Shown here: in pieces, positions 8,601 through 17,616 of the stretch | Position numbering within the stretch: the first letter of the stretch is position 1 | Layout of the letters: every line of letters begins with the position of its first letter | Assembly: GCF_034180645.1 (NCBI RefSeq) | Contig: NZ_JAXFNY010000016.1 | Span: 67,006 to 131,005 of the forward strand | Direction: 5' to 3' | Length of the DNA stretch: 64,000 nucleotides | Origin: Mobiluncus sp. | GTDB lineage: Bacteria; Actinomycetota; Actinomycetes; Actinomycetales; Actinomycetaceae | Translations under genes and position numbers: made by a program | Notes under the pieces: model-generated | Database searches by the model: none | The model's input: the letters and a program-made list of their open reading frames with translations, nothing else | Told to the model about the DNA's origin: nothing

Positions 8601-10121
8601 TCAGGCACTATCCCGGTCAAAACTCCGGCGCATCACCACGTCCTGGTTTTCCACGCCCCCCACGGTGAATGTTCGTTTCCCGATACGCCAAAACCCGTGA
8701 TGTTTATAGAATTTTTGGGCTCGTTTGTTGTAAATCGAGGTCCCCAGGCACACTCCCGGGGCATGGCCGACCTTCGCCAGATCTGTCAATGCCGCTTCCA
8801 GCAGCGCCCCGGACAATCCTGTGGAATGCAGGGCCTCACGCACATAGCACTTCGACAGGTAAGCATCCCCGGCCACGATTCCCGCCTGTGCAGCTTCCGC
8901 CTCGTCCAGCTGTACCCTCGCGTAGGTGTATCCCACCAGTTCACCGCCCATTTCCGCGACCCAGTAGCGATGTTCTTGAGGATTATCGAGGCGTGCCTTC
9001 ACCGCCTCGAGGTCGAACTCAACGGCTACGAACTGGGCGATAGCCTCAGTGCTGATGTAGGCCGGACAAGCCAGGGGGAACGTCTCCGACCCCAAAGCGG
9101 ACAGTGCTAGGGCCTCCCCTCGGTCGGGCTGGCGAATCCGCAGGGGAACCGCCACCAAATCCGCAGTTTCCGGCTGCGCGCCGCTTGCCGGACGCATATC
9201 GCCCGCCGACCCCGCCTGGTGCGCTGCCCGTGCCGACCCTACCGCGACCAGTCGGGACAGACCGATAGCCTCCAAATCCTGAGGTGACACGTAAAGCCAC
9301 CCCAGCGAAGCCAGCTTTTCCCGCCCGCGCTTGCTCAACAGTGTGGCGTCTAAACCTGCCAGCAAATCCGGGCGTCGCCACGAGGTTTTTTCAATGGCCC
9401 GTTCCCGGCGCCAGGCTTCGATTTCCGCGTGGTTTCCGCCTTTCAGCACCTCGGGAACGGCCAGGTCACGCCACACTTCTGGGCGGGTATAGCAGGGGTA
9501 TTCCAACAGGCCCGTCCCCTCGTAGGACTCCTGAACCAAAGACTCCGGATTGCCTACCATGCCATCGAGCAGGCGTCCCACGGCTTCAATCAGCGCCACG
9601 GCCGCGATTTCCCCGCCGTTGAGCACATAATCCCCCAAGGAATATTCGAACACCTCCAGGTCGGGGTACAGTTGCTGGTCAGCATAGTGCTGGGCGACTC
9701 GCGAGTCGATACCTTCGTAGCGCCCACACGCGATAATGACATTATCCGTGTTCGTGGCTATCTGCCGGACTTTCGCCTGGGTCAGCGGCACTCCGGAGGG
9801 CGTGGGAATCGCCAGGATAGTTTTCGGGTTCACCAGGCCGTTCGGGCGGCTTTCCGATGCGCTGTCCGCGGGCTGGCTTGGCAGATCCTCGCGCGCGGCA
9901 TCGATGGCTTTGCCCCAAATATCGGCCCGCATCACCATGCCGGCTCCCCCACCGTAGGGAGTGTCGTCGACGGAATGATGCGGGTCATCGGTGAAATCGC
10001 GCAGATTCGTGACGTCCCAGCTCAACACCCCGTTTTGCGCCGCTTTACCCAGCAGCGACAAACCGAGCACCGCAAAGAACTCGGGAAAAATCGTCAAAAT
10101 CTGAAAACGCATCATCCTCAC
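8601..10121 (-). CDS. trmD: tRNA (guanine37-N1)-methyltransferase TrmD fused to a C-terminal GNAT acetyltransferase domain
   Basis: 506 aa. The TrmD core spans aa 1-~275 (ILTIFPEFF, PYGGGAGMVM, ACGRYEGIDSRV, SLGDYVLNGGE). After a ~50-aa linker comes a GNAT fold at aa ~325-500 (YLSKCYVREALHSTGLSGALLEAAL, NKRAQKFYKHHGF). Confidence 0.85.
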   Translation of the reverse strand: MRMMRFQILTIFPEFFAVLGLSLLGKAAQNGVLSWDVTNLRDFTDDPHHSVDDTPYGGGAGMVMRADIWGKAIDAAREDLPSQPADSASESRPNGLVNPKTILAIPTPSGVPLTQAKVRQIATNTDNVIIACGRYEGIDSRVAQHYADQQLYPDLEVFEYSLGDYVLNGGEIAAVALIEAVGRLLDGMVGNPESLVQESYEGTGLLEYPCYTRPEVWRDLAVPEVLKGGNHAEIEAWRRERAIEKTSWRRPDLLAGLDATLLSKRGREKLASLGWLYVSPQDLEAIGLSRLVAVGSARAAHQAGSAGDMRPASGAQPETADLVAVPLRIRQPDRGEALALSALGSETFPLACPAYISTEAIAQFVAVEFDLEAVKARLDNPQEHRYWVAEMGGELVGYTYARVQLDEAEAAQAGIVAGDAYLSKCYVREALHSTGLSGALLEAALTDLAKVGHAPGVCLGTSIYNKRAQKFYKHHGFWRIGKRTFTVGGVENQDVVMRRSFDRDSA

Positions 10122-10170
10122 CTTTATTCGGACAGTCTATCGACAACCCGCCCGGAAACGTCGGACCGTC

Positions 10171-10752
10171 CTAGTGCGGCGGGAACAATCCTCCGGGCGG
10201 ATCCATCGTGACCAACTGTCTATCTAAATCGACATCGGGGACGATTTCATAAACAAAAGGCACCAAGATTTTCTCCCCGTCCGCAGTCGTGACTTCCAAC
10301 AGGTCTTGGGCTGGCGCCAGCAGCAGGTCGCTCACGGTGCCAAGCGTTTTCCCCGCCAGGTCCACAGCTCGCAGTCCCACCAGTTCGTGGCGGTAAAACC
10401 CTTCGTCGCCCTCGCTTTGTTCGCGGTTGGTGGCGGTTTCTATACTGGCGGCGCCGGAATCGGTTGAGTCTGTGGAGTTAGTGCACAAGGCCGGGTCGTC
10501 AGTTTCTATATACAGTTTTGTTCCACTGAGGGTTTCGGCGCCGTTACGGTCGGGAATTTCCCGGAAAGACACCACGAAGTGTTTACCGCTCATCCGTGCC
10601 CGGTTTACCGTCAGCGTAGCCGAGGTTTTCCTGCTGGTTAACAGGACTGTCCCGGGGGCAAAGCGAGCACGCGGGTCGTCCGTGTGCAGGGCTACCCGGA
10701 CTTCACCACGAACCCCGCTGGCACGCCCGATGACCCCAACCGTGAGCTTCAC
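10171..10752 (-). CDS. rimM: 16S rRNA processing protein RimM
   Basis: 193 aa. N-terminal RimM barrel (VGVIGRASGVRGEVRV) and C-terminal PRC barrel, with a Ser/Thr/Asp-rich insertion. Conserved position. Confidence 0.9.
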   Translation of the reverse strand: MKLTVGVIGRASGVRGEVRVALHTDDPRARFAPGTVLLTSRKTSATLTVNRARMSGKHFVVSFREIPDRNGAETLSGTKLYIETDDPALCTNSTDSTDSGAASIETATNREQSEGDEGFYRHELVGLRAVDLAGKTLGTVSDLLLAPAQDLLEVTTADGEKILVPFVYEIVPDVDLDRQLVTMDPPGGLFPPH

Positions 10753-10831
10753 CGCTGACCCCTTCCCGAACCGATAGCTGCATTAAAAAGTTTGACCCCC
10801 GCTATCGGCGGGGATCAAACCAAATGACTAT

Positions 10832-11077
10832 TTAGCGCCGATCTTGGTCGATGACATCGACGCGGACGCTGCCTTGAGTGGACAGTGCGGAAGCTACCGA
10901 ACGCAGCGCTTTCGCGGTGCGGCCGTTACGGCCGATAACCCGACCCAAATCCGAGGGGGCAACGTGTACTTCCAGGAGCTTGCCGCGGCGCAAAGACTTT
11001 TCGCTCACGCGCACGGCTTCTGGCTCGTCGACGATGCCGCTAACCAGGTGTTCCAAAGAATCTGCAAGCATCGACAT
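10832..11077 (-). CDS. KH-domain RNA-binding protein (UPF0109)
   Basis: 81 aa with KH GXXG loop VIGRNGRTAKAL. Sits between rpsP and rimM as in other bacteria. Confidence 0.85.
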   Translation of the reverse strand: MSMLADSLEHLVSGIVDEPEAVRVSEKSLRRGKLLEVHVAPSDLGRVIGRNGRTAKALRSVASALSTQGSVRVDVIDQDRR

Positions 11078-11565
11078 TATTCTGCAGCTTCCTCAGTCTT
11101 TTCTTCCGCCGGGGCTTCCTCAGCGGGGGCCTCCTCGGCCTTTTCCTCAGCCTTCGCTGCTTCAGCTTCTTCAGCTTCCTTCTTGGCCTTGGCTTCGGCT
11201 TCGGCCTTCTTTGCCTTCGTCTTTTCCGCGGCATCGTCCGCAGCCTTCACCGCGGCCTCCACATCGGCTCCCGCGTCCTTAACCTGGATACGGTTCTCAA
11301 CGACCTTGGCGCCCTTGAACGTCGCCCAATCGCCGGAAAGCACCAGGAAACGATGCACCGCGTCGGACGGCTGGGCCCCCACGCTCAACCAGTACTGGAT
11401 ACGCTCCGAGTTCAGTTCAATCAAAGACGGCTGCTGGTTGGGGTCGTACTTGCCAACCTCCTCGATAACGCGACCGTCGCGCTTCTTGCGGCTGTCGACC
11501 ACGACCACCCGGTAAATGGGGTGGTGAATCTTGCCAATTCGCTTCAAACGAATACGTACTGCCAC
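11077..11565 (-). CDS. rpsP: 30S ribosomal protein S16 with Ala/Glu/Lys-rich C-terminal tail
   Basis: N-terminus [32 protein letters not shown] is canonical S16. The C-terminal ~60 aa are an AEK-rich tail. Confidence 0.95.
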   Translation of the reverse strand: MAVRIRLKRIGKIHHPIYRVVVVDSRKKRDGRVIEEVGKYDPNQQPSLIELNSERIQYWLSVGAQPSDAVHRFLVLSGDWATFKGAKVVENRIQVKDAGADVEAAVKAADDAAEKTKAKKAEAEAKAKKEAEEAEAAKAEEKAEEAPAEEAPAEEKTEEAAE

Positions 11566-11748
11566 TGTTGTGACTCTCCTTGTAGTTCATGTCGCGAGCG
11601 CACAAAACCCCAGGTAGGGAAAACACTAAAGTCTTGTTTTGCTCAAAATCCGGGGCTGTGGCCACGAGAGGGCGGCGACCAAAGCCCAGTACAACGTTCC
11701 ATTATGCCCGATTTCTCACGATTTTTAAAATTCAACAGTCCTCCCAGT

Positions 11749-12405
11749 TCAGTCGAAAATGACCTGCCAGTTTGGGTCGCGATGCGCTTTCAGGCACATC
11801 GCGACCTGTTCGGGCGTGGTTTTGCCGAGAGACATTTCCGGCAGTTCATCGAGCCCAAACCAGCCAATCTCGGTGGTTTCGAGGTTCTCTGTAAAGTCCC
11901 CGCCCAGCAAGGTGCACTCCACAAAAAAGGCGTAAACATGAAATATACCTCTACTGGGATTATGTTTGCGCTTATCGATTACCGCCAGCAATCTGTCGGT
12001 TTTCACCTGCATTCCGGATTCTTCATAAGCCTCCTTGATGGTGTTTTCCCGCACACTTAGCCCCTCGTCAATCCAGCCTCCCGGCAGGGACCAGCGTCCG
12101 TCCAAGCCTTCATGCACCAGCAGAATCTTGTCTCCGTCCACACCCGGACGCCCCGAGCCGTCACCGAAGATAACGGCGCGCGAATCAACTTTCGGCGTGC
12201 GGTATCCGTAGTCCTCCAGAAACACGTCCCGCGTCTGTTCGGGATTACTGCCCGTGAGGCGTGCCAAGAGTTCCGCCGCCAGTTCGCGCGTACGGGTTGC
12301 CCGTTCCCGGTCATAGTCGTCATGACCATAGAACTCGCCGGACTGACCGATAGCCTGCAACTCTAGAATGAGGTCCACTACGTCTGTTTTATTGTCGGTT
12401 TCCAC
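11749..12405 (-). CDS. NUDIX hydrolase with N-terminal Nudix-associated domain
   Basis: 218 aa. Nudix box GGWIDEGLSVRENTIKEAYEESG. Confidence 0.8.
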   Translation of the reverse strand: METDNKTDVVDLILELQAIGQSGEFYGHDDYDRERATRTRELAAELLARLTGSNPEQTRDVFLEDYGYRTPKVDSRAVIFGDGSGRPGVDGDKILLVHEGLDGRWSLPGGWIDEGLSVRENTIKEAYEESGMQVKTDRLLAVIDKRKHNPSRGIFHVYAFFVECTLLGGDFTENLETTEIGWFGLDELPEMSLGKTTPEQVAMCLKAHRDPNWQVIFD

Positions 12406-12448
12406 TTGCCTGTTCCCTCGTCATCGAAATTGTCAAAACCTCTGAACA

Positions 12449-12880
12449 CTAAGACGGAATCACCGGAAGAATCCATTTATTCCCGCCGAGGCCGTCTTCA
12501 TCCGGGGCTTCGGCAGCAAGGTCATCAACGCAGCGCACCCGTTTAGCGGCGTCTCTGGCAGCACTGCGCGCCTCACCAGTCGCGGATAGCGGCAAAACGC
12601 CGAGTTTCATCATGGTGTTGACCATCGGGGGCCCCATATGTCCGCTGACCACGGCCGCAATGTCATGGTCGCGCATAAAGCCCGCAATCTGAGCGTGCAA
12701 GCTGCCGTGCGGCCCTTGCTCGTGCAAGACGTCCCAACCGACTGGGAACTCTTGCCACTCCACGATTTCATCGGCGGCATTGAGGGTTGCCACCGCCATA
12801 GTCCGGGCTCGCCCCAGACCCCCGCCAACCTCGCTGCCCGCAACGTTGACCGCTATATGCAAATTTCTGTCATCACTCAT
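12449..12880 (-). CDS. NifB/NifX-like (dinitrogenase FeMo-cofactor-binding fold) family protein
   Basis: 143 aa. The pattern HIAV...GLGRARTMAV...VVSGHMGPPMVNTMMKLGVLPL resembles PF02579-type proteins. This rests on motif memory only. Confidence 0.5.
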   Translation of the reverse strand: MSDDRNLHIAVNVAGSEVGGGLGRARTMAVATLNAADEIVEWQEFPVGWDVLHEQGPHGSLHAQIAGFMRDHDIAAVVSGHMGPPMVNTMMKLGVLPLSATGEARSAARDAAKRVRCVDDLAAEAPDEDGLGGNKWILPVIPS

Positions 12881-13078
12881 TTAATATCCCAATATTCCGT
12901 ATAATTTATTTTCGATAATCCTGGCAACAGAAACGGGTAGTTCCGCGTTCCAGCACCTCTGTTACCTCTGCTTTCCGGCTTAATCCTATGCCAGACAGGG
13001 CCGCGGCGGCGGCCAAACACCGCACGCCGCGCCCCGCGGATAATTCACCACCCGGCTCCCCCCTACTAAGATGGTCTT

Positions 13079-13804
13079 ATGACGAAAACCCCAACTATCT
13101 TGGCGACCTCCGGCGGATACAAAAACGGAGAACGTATCTTTACCGAGTTCAACCACCTGGTGAACTATTCACTCGAACTGTCCGGCACCACCCGTTCCAA
13201 ACCGAAACTGGGCTATCTGGATACCGCGGCCGGCGACCAGCATTACCGGCTAGCCCAGCGTTACGAAGCGGCTCGCCTGGCGGGGGTCGAACTGAACCCG
13301 CTGCAACTGTTCGTCATGCCCAACGTGGAGGACATCGAAGGCTACCTCCTAGAACAGGACGCAGTGTGGGTTGACGGGGGTTCAGTGGCAAACCTGCTGG
13401 CGGTGTGGCGAGTCCACGGCCTAGACCAGATTTTCCGCCGCGTTTGGGAAGCTGGCATCGTCCTGGCCGGAGTCTCGGCCGGTTCTATCTGTTGGCACCG
13501 AGGTGGCACCACGGATTCTTTCGGGCCCGAACTTCGCGCCGTCACCAACGGTCTGGGCTTGATTCCCTACGACAACGGCGTACATTACGACGTTGAAAAA
13601 CGCCGCCGCCCCACAGTGCATCGCCTGGTCGCCGAGGGTACCTTGGGCAAAACCTATTGCACCGATAACAATGTGGGTTTGGTTTACCGCGGTACCGAAC
13701 TGGCCGAAGCGGTCAGCGAAGTGCCGGGCAAGTCGGCTTGGGTTGTGACCAAAGATAACGGCGAAGTTGTAGAGGAACGCCTCGAAACCCGTTTCCTGGG
13801 ATAG
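13079..13804 (+). CDS. peptidase E / S51 family dipeptidase
   Basis: 241 aa. ILATSGG start and nucleophile region LAGVSAGSICW are typical of family S51. Confidence 0.8.
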   Translation: MTKTPTILATSGGYKNGERIFTEFNHLVNYSLELSGTTRSKPKLGYLDTAAGDQHYRLAQRYEAARLAGVELNPLQLFVMPNVEDIEGYLLEQDAVWVDGGSVANLLAVWRVHGLDQIFRRVWEAGIVLAGVSAGSICWHRGGTTDSFGPELRAVTNGLGLIPYDNGVHYDVEKRRRPTVHRLVAEGTLGKTYCTDNNVGLVYRGTELAEAVSEVPGKSAWVVTKDNGEVVEERLETRFLG

Positions 13805-13813
13805 TTTCGGCCT

Positions 13814-15619
13814 CTAGTCTTGCTGCCAAGACTCCCACAGCGAAGCATATTCGCCCCCGGCCGCTACCAGTTCATCGTGCGTACCCAATTCCACGATTCT
13901 CCCGTCCATCATGACTGCCACCCGGTCAGCATCGTGGGCGGTATAGAGCCGGTGGGCGATGGCGACGACGCTACGTCCCGCCAACACTCGCGACAGCGAC
14001 TGTTCCAGCGAACGAGCCGCAGAGGGATCCATCAGCGAAGTTGCCTCATCCAGCACCAAAGTGTGGGGGTTCAACAACACGATTCGCGCCAGGGCAAGCT
14101 GCTGGACCTGCGCCGGATTCAGCTTCATTCCCGCGCCGCCGATTTCCGCATGCAGCCCGGTTTTTTCCGTTTCTGCCCGTGTTTTCCCCTCCGGACCGGA
14201 TAATGCGGTAAAGGTCTGGGTATCGCTTCGCCCCAAGCCGCGAACCCAGTCCACTCCCACCGCGTCGAGCACCGTCCACAGTTCCTCATCACTCGCGTCG
14301 GGCCGCGCCAAACGCAGGTTGGAGGCAATCGTTCCAGTAAACACGTGCTGTTCTTGCGTGACCAAAGCGACTTGCTGGTGCAGTTCGCTTTCGGGCAAGT
14401 CCACCAGCCGCACTCCCCCGACCGTCACGGACCCGCTGGTGGGCGGGTGAATGCCCGCCAGCATTCGCCCAAAAGTGGACTTACCGGCACCCGATGGTCC
14501 GACAATGGCCAACGTTTCGCCCCCGTGAAGTTCCAGAGACACTTCGTGCAGCACATTTTGCCCCGAATGATAGGCGTAGCAAACGTCCCGAGCCACTATC
14601 GAGGACGTACCGGCGGGCGCGTGGGCACTGGCTTCCCGGTCCGGCTCGACCTGTGCGACACCAAAAATCCGTGCCAGCGAAGTGTAGGCTTCCATCGAAA
14701 CATCTACCCAGAAAGTCGCTTCCCACACCGGCCCGCGCACTTGATAGGCATACAGCGCAATCGTGGAAACAGCCCCGATAGTCAAGGCTCCGCTGGGCAC
14801 CAACCAGGCTCCCAGCAACACGATAACTATCAGGGGAGACAGGGTGGCGCACACAATTCCCATGAACAACCAGGAACGCATCCAGGCACTGTAGCGTTCC
14901 TGACGCCAGATTTCGCGAATGATGACATCGAGCTGGGCAATCCGTTTCCCGGACAGCCCCAGAGCGTCTACCGTGTCCGCCTGATCCAGAGTTTCCGCTA
15001 CTGAACCGGACAGATCCGCCCAGGATCGGGCTGAGGACCGATAGGCGGGAACGGTCCGCGGTAAATACCACGCCATCAGTGGCCACACTCCCAGTGGCCC
15101 GATGAGCAGCATGAATGCCAACAGCGGGGAAGTCAGAAACGCCGCCACGAACGTCACCACCAACGTTGTGGTGATCATCAGAATTGCGGCGATACCCTGG
15201 CGAATCATGAATTGCAGGCGTTCAATGTCTCGCGTAGTGCGTCCCACCAAGTCGCCGGTGCCCGCACTTTCCACAGTCGACAGAGGCAGGTGAATGACAG
15301 AGTCGACCAAGCCGTCACGCAGGTGAGCAAAAATCCGCTCGCCCATCACCCGGGCACGGTATTCCGCCAGGAACGAAAATATCGCCGCCACCGCGACCAC
15401 TACCAGGGAAATCACCATCTGCTGACCAACCCAGTCGCGGCTGGCCGCCCCGGCTTGAATGCGGTCAATCACGCGTCCCAGCAGCCACGGGAGGGTCACT
15501 CCCGCTAGGGACGACACCAGCTGCAGCCCCACCACTGACCCAATCGCCCCGCGATAGTCGTGAATCAGGTCTTTAACCCCACGCATCACCAGTCTTCCGC
15601 TGGCCAAAGGCAGTTTCAT
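13814..15619 (-). CDS. ABC exporter fused TMD-NBD subunit (canonical Walker A/B, degenerate signature)
   Basis: 601 aa. Six-TM exporter domain, Walker A GPSGAGKST, Walker B LVLDEATSLMD. The signature position reads LNPAQ instead of LSGGQ. 4-nt overlap with the upstream gene. Confidence 0.9.
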   Translation of the reverse strand: MKLPLASGRLVMRGVKDLIHDYRGAIGSVVGLQLVSSLAGVTLPWLLGRVIDRIQAGAASRDWVGQQMVISLVVVAVAAIFSFLAEYRARVMGERIFAHLRDGLVDSVIHLPLSTVESAGTGDLVGRTTRDIERLQFMIRQGIAAILMITTTLVVTFVAAFLTSPLLAFMLLIGPLGVWPLMAWYLPRTVPAYRSSARSWADLSGSVAETLDQADTVDALGLSGKRIAQLDVIIREIWRQERYSAWMRSWLFMGIVCATLSPLIVIVLLGAWLVPSGALTIGAVSTIALYAYQVRGPVWEATFWVDVSMEAYTSLARIFGVAQVEPDREASAHAPAGTSSIVARDVCYAYHSGQNVLHEVSLELHGGETLAIVGPSGAGKSTFGRMLAGIHPPTSGSVTVGGVRLVDLPESELHQQVALVTQEQHVFTGTIASNLRLARPDASDEELWTVLDAVGVDWVRGLGRSDTQTFTALSGPEGKTRAETEKTGLHAEIGGAGMKLNPAQVQQLALARIVLLNPHTLVLDEATSLMDPSAARSLEQSLSRVLAGRSVVAIAHRLYTAHDADRVAVMMDGRIVELGTHDELVAAGGEYASLWESWQQD

Positions 15620-17616
15620 GACATCTCACCCCCGCTTTGCACCGAGCGGTTGATGATAGTCAGGTACGGCATGGCCGATGGGTCTCCCGACCGAGCTTTT
15701 TCCCGAAGTTCCCGATGCGAGCCGCGGACGATTTCCCGACCTGCATCGTCGAGCACAATGACTTCATCACAATGCTCCAACACCAGCACTGACGCCGAGA
15801 CGATGACGGTGGTTTTCCCATGCCGCGCTTGCGCCAAACGCTGGGCGACCCGCGATTCTGTGTGCGAATCGACCGCGGAAGTCGGCTCAATAGTGACCAG
15901 CACCGCAGGATCGGCGGCTACCGCGCGAGCTAGGGCGACGCGTTGGCGCTGACCGCCCGAGAGAGTGCGCCCTTTTTCCGCCACCGCTCCGTCCAGGCCG
16001 CCATTGACGGATTCCACCACATCATCAGCATCCGCCACGTGCAGCGCGGCCAACCATTGCGAATCGCGCTCATCAACTTCGGGAACGATGAGCGAGTCCT
16101 CCTGCCGGGTCGCGTTCTCGATGACATCGCGCCACACGAGTTCGCGCACCCCTCGGTCGCGCGGCGCCGGCGAATTTGCCCCGCGCACCTGGTCTCGCAA
16201 GGTTCCGGCAAAAAGCTGCGGGTCGGTATCTGAAAGGATTATGGCGCGGCGCACAAGGTCGAGGGGCAAGGTTCTCGCGTCAGTTCCATCAATCAGAAGG
16301 GTCGGTTGTGCGCTGTCCTCTTGGCGTGCCAGGCGCCGGGCTATCGCTGCGCTGGCGTCAGGATTGGCGCAGACCAGGCCGGTAATCAGGCCCGGCTCCA
16401 CCGTTACCTCGCTGACCGTGTCGGTGAGCTGAGCCAGAGCAAAATCCGTTTCCCGCCACTGTGATTGCGATGAGGCATTTTGGCGCGGCGCTTCCCCGGA
16501 AACCGTCGCTGAATCCTCGTCCATCAGGGAAGTCACGCCTTGAATCCGCGCGAGTTTGCGAACTCCGACCCAAGCTCTGGTGAATTCTTCCAGTGACCGG
16601 GTGGCAACCACGATGGGGTTGCGCAAGAATTGTGAAAACCCGAAGAACGCGACCAAACTGCCTACTGACAGTTCATCATGAAAATACAGCATTGCCCCGA
16701 TGCCCACCACCAGGGCGGTGAACACCATCGGTATCACTGAACGCAGCACGCCCAGCAGCGCCGCGGGCAGGGCGACTCGAATCCCCGCGTCACGCACGCG
16801 AGCCGATTGCTGCTGATAGTGAAGCCCGAACACGTCCTCGCCGCCGATGCCACGCAAGACTCGCAGCCCCGCCACCGCATCAGCCGAGATTTCCGTGAGC
16901 TTGCCCTGTTCATCGCGGTTCTCGGTTTGCCGCCGCTGCAGCGGTTTGCCTAACAGCCCTATCAGCAGCGTTACGATGGGCAACCCAATCAGCACCGTCC
17001 AGGCCAGAGGCGGCGAGGTGCGAAACATGATGACCAGAATCATCACGGTAGAGAGCAAAGCCCCCACCATTTCGGGAATCCACAGCGCCGCCTGGCCAAT
17101 CCGGTCCACGTCTGTGAGCATCGAGGTAACCACATCACCGGATTCCAATTCTCGGTTCACAGCGCGCCCATCGAGAGCTAACTTTCGACCGGCCACCCGC
17201 GCGGGGGTCGCCACCGCGTTCATCTGGACCGCAATCTCAGTGAGCTGTCCCGCCATTTGAGTCAGCGCCACACCGAGGATAACCAGGGTCAGAACCGCCA
17301 ACCGGATCCAGAGTTCCCTGGTCAAACCGTGTTCTAGCCCCGCGTCCAGCACCATTCCCAGCGCCCAGGGTACGCTGACCGAAACTACGTAGTTTAACCC
17401 CGTCACCAGTGAGCCAAGTGCCAGTACACCGCCCATAGAAAGAACGAGTTTTCTGGCATAGAGGTGGGGGTCAGCGGGGTAAACGTCAGGTTCACTCTGG
17501 GGGCTGCGCAGCGGCCAGCGCCAGGTGTGTGGGGTCCTCAGCAGGGGCGGCAGCGTGACGTGTTCTTCGGCAGCGCGATGTTGTAAAAACTCGCGCGCAC
17601 GGGCGTTATCTTCCAC
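15616..17616 (-). CDS. ABC exporter fused TMD-NBD subunit (degenerate Walker A/B, canonical signature)
   Basis: 666 aa. Exporter TMD with canonical signature LSGGQRQRVALARAV. The Walker A region reads GLVCANPDASAAIARRL and Walker B reads VLVTIEPTSAVD. Confidence 0.9.
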   Translation of the reverse strand: MEDNARAREFLQHRAAEEHVTLPPLLRTPHTWRWPLRSPQSEPDVYPADPHLYARKLVLSMGGVLALGSLVTGLNYVVSVSVPWALGMVLDAGLEHGLTRELWIRLAVLTLVILGVALTQMAGQLTEIAVQMNAVATPARVAGRKLALDGRAVNRELESGDVVTSMLTDVDRIGQAALWIPEMVGALLSTVMILVIMFRTSPPLAWTVLIGLPIVTLLIGLLGKPLQRRQTENRDEQGKLTEISADAVAGLRVLRGIGGEDVFGLHYQQQSARVRDAGIRVALPAALLGVLRSVIPMVFTALVVGIGAMLYFHDELSVGSLVAFFGFSQFLRNPIVVATRSLEEFTRAWVGVRKLARIQGVTSLMDEDSATVSGEAPRQNASSQSQWRETDFALAQLTDTVSEVTVEPGLITGLVCANPDASAAIARRLARQEDSAQPTLLIDGTDARTLPLDLVRRAIILSDTDPQLFAGTLRDQVRGANSPAPRDRGVRELVWRDVIENATRQEDSLIVPEVDERDSQWLAALHVADADDVVESVNGGLDGAVAEKGRTLSGGQRQRVALARAVAADPAVLVTIEPTSAVDSHTESRVAQRLAQARHGKTTVIVSASVLVLEHCDEVIVLDDAGREIVRGSHRELREKARSGDPSAMPYLTIINRSVQSGGEMS

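Noticed and set aside
8043-9110. 355-aa plus-strand ORF spanning rplS and the trmD 3' region
   Set aside because: It is antisense to two well-supported genes and crosses their intergenic region. It has no domain-like sequence.
11077-11260. Repetitive Ala/Glu/Lys-coding stretch at the 3' end of rpsP as a possible DNA repeat or separate gene
   Set aside because: It is in frame with S16 and is simple low-complexity coding sequence. C-terminal extensions of S16 are common in Actinobacteria as far as I recall. The antisense and alternate-frame ORFs there are by-products.
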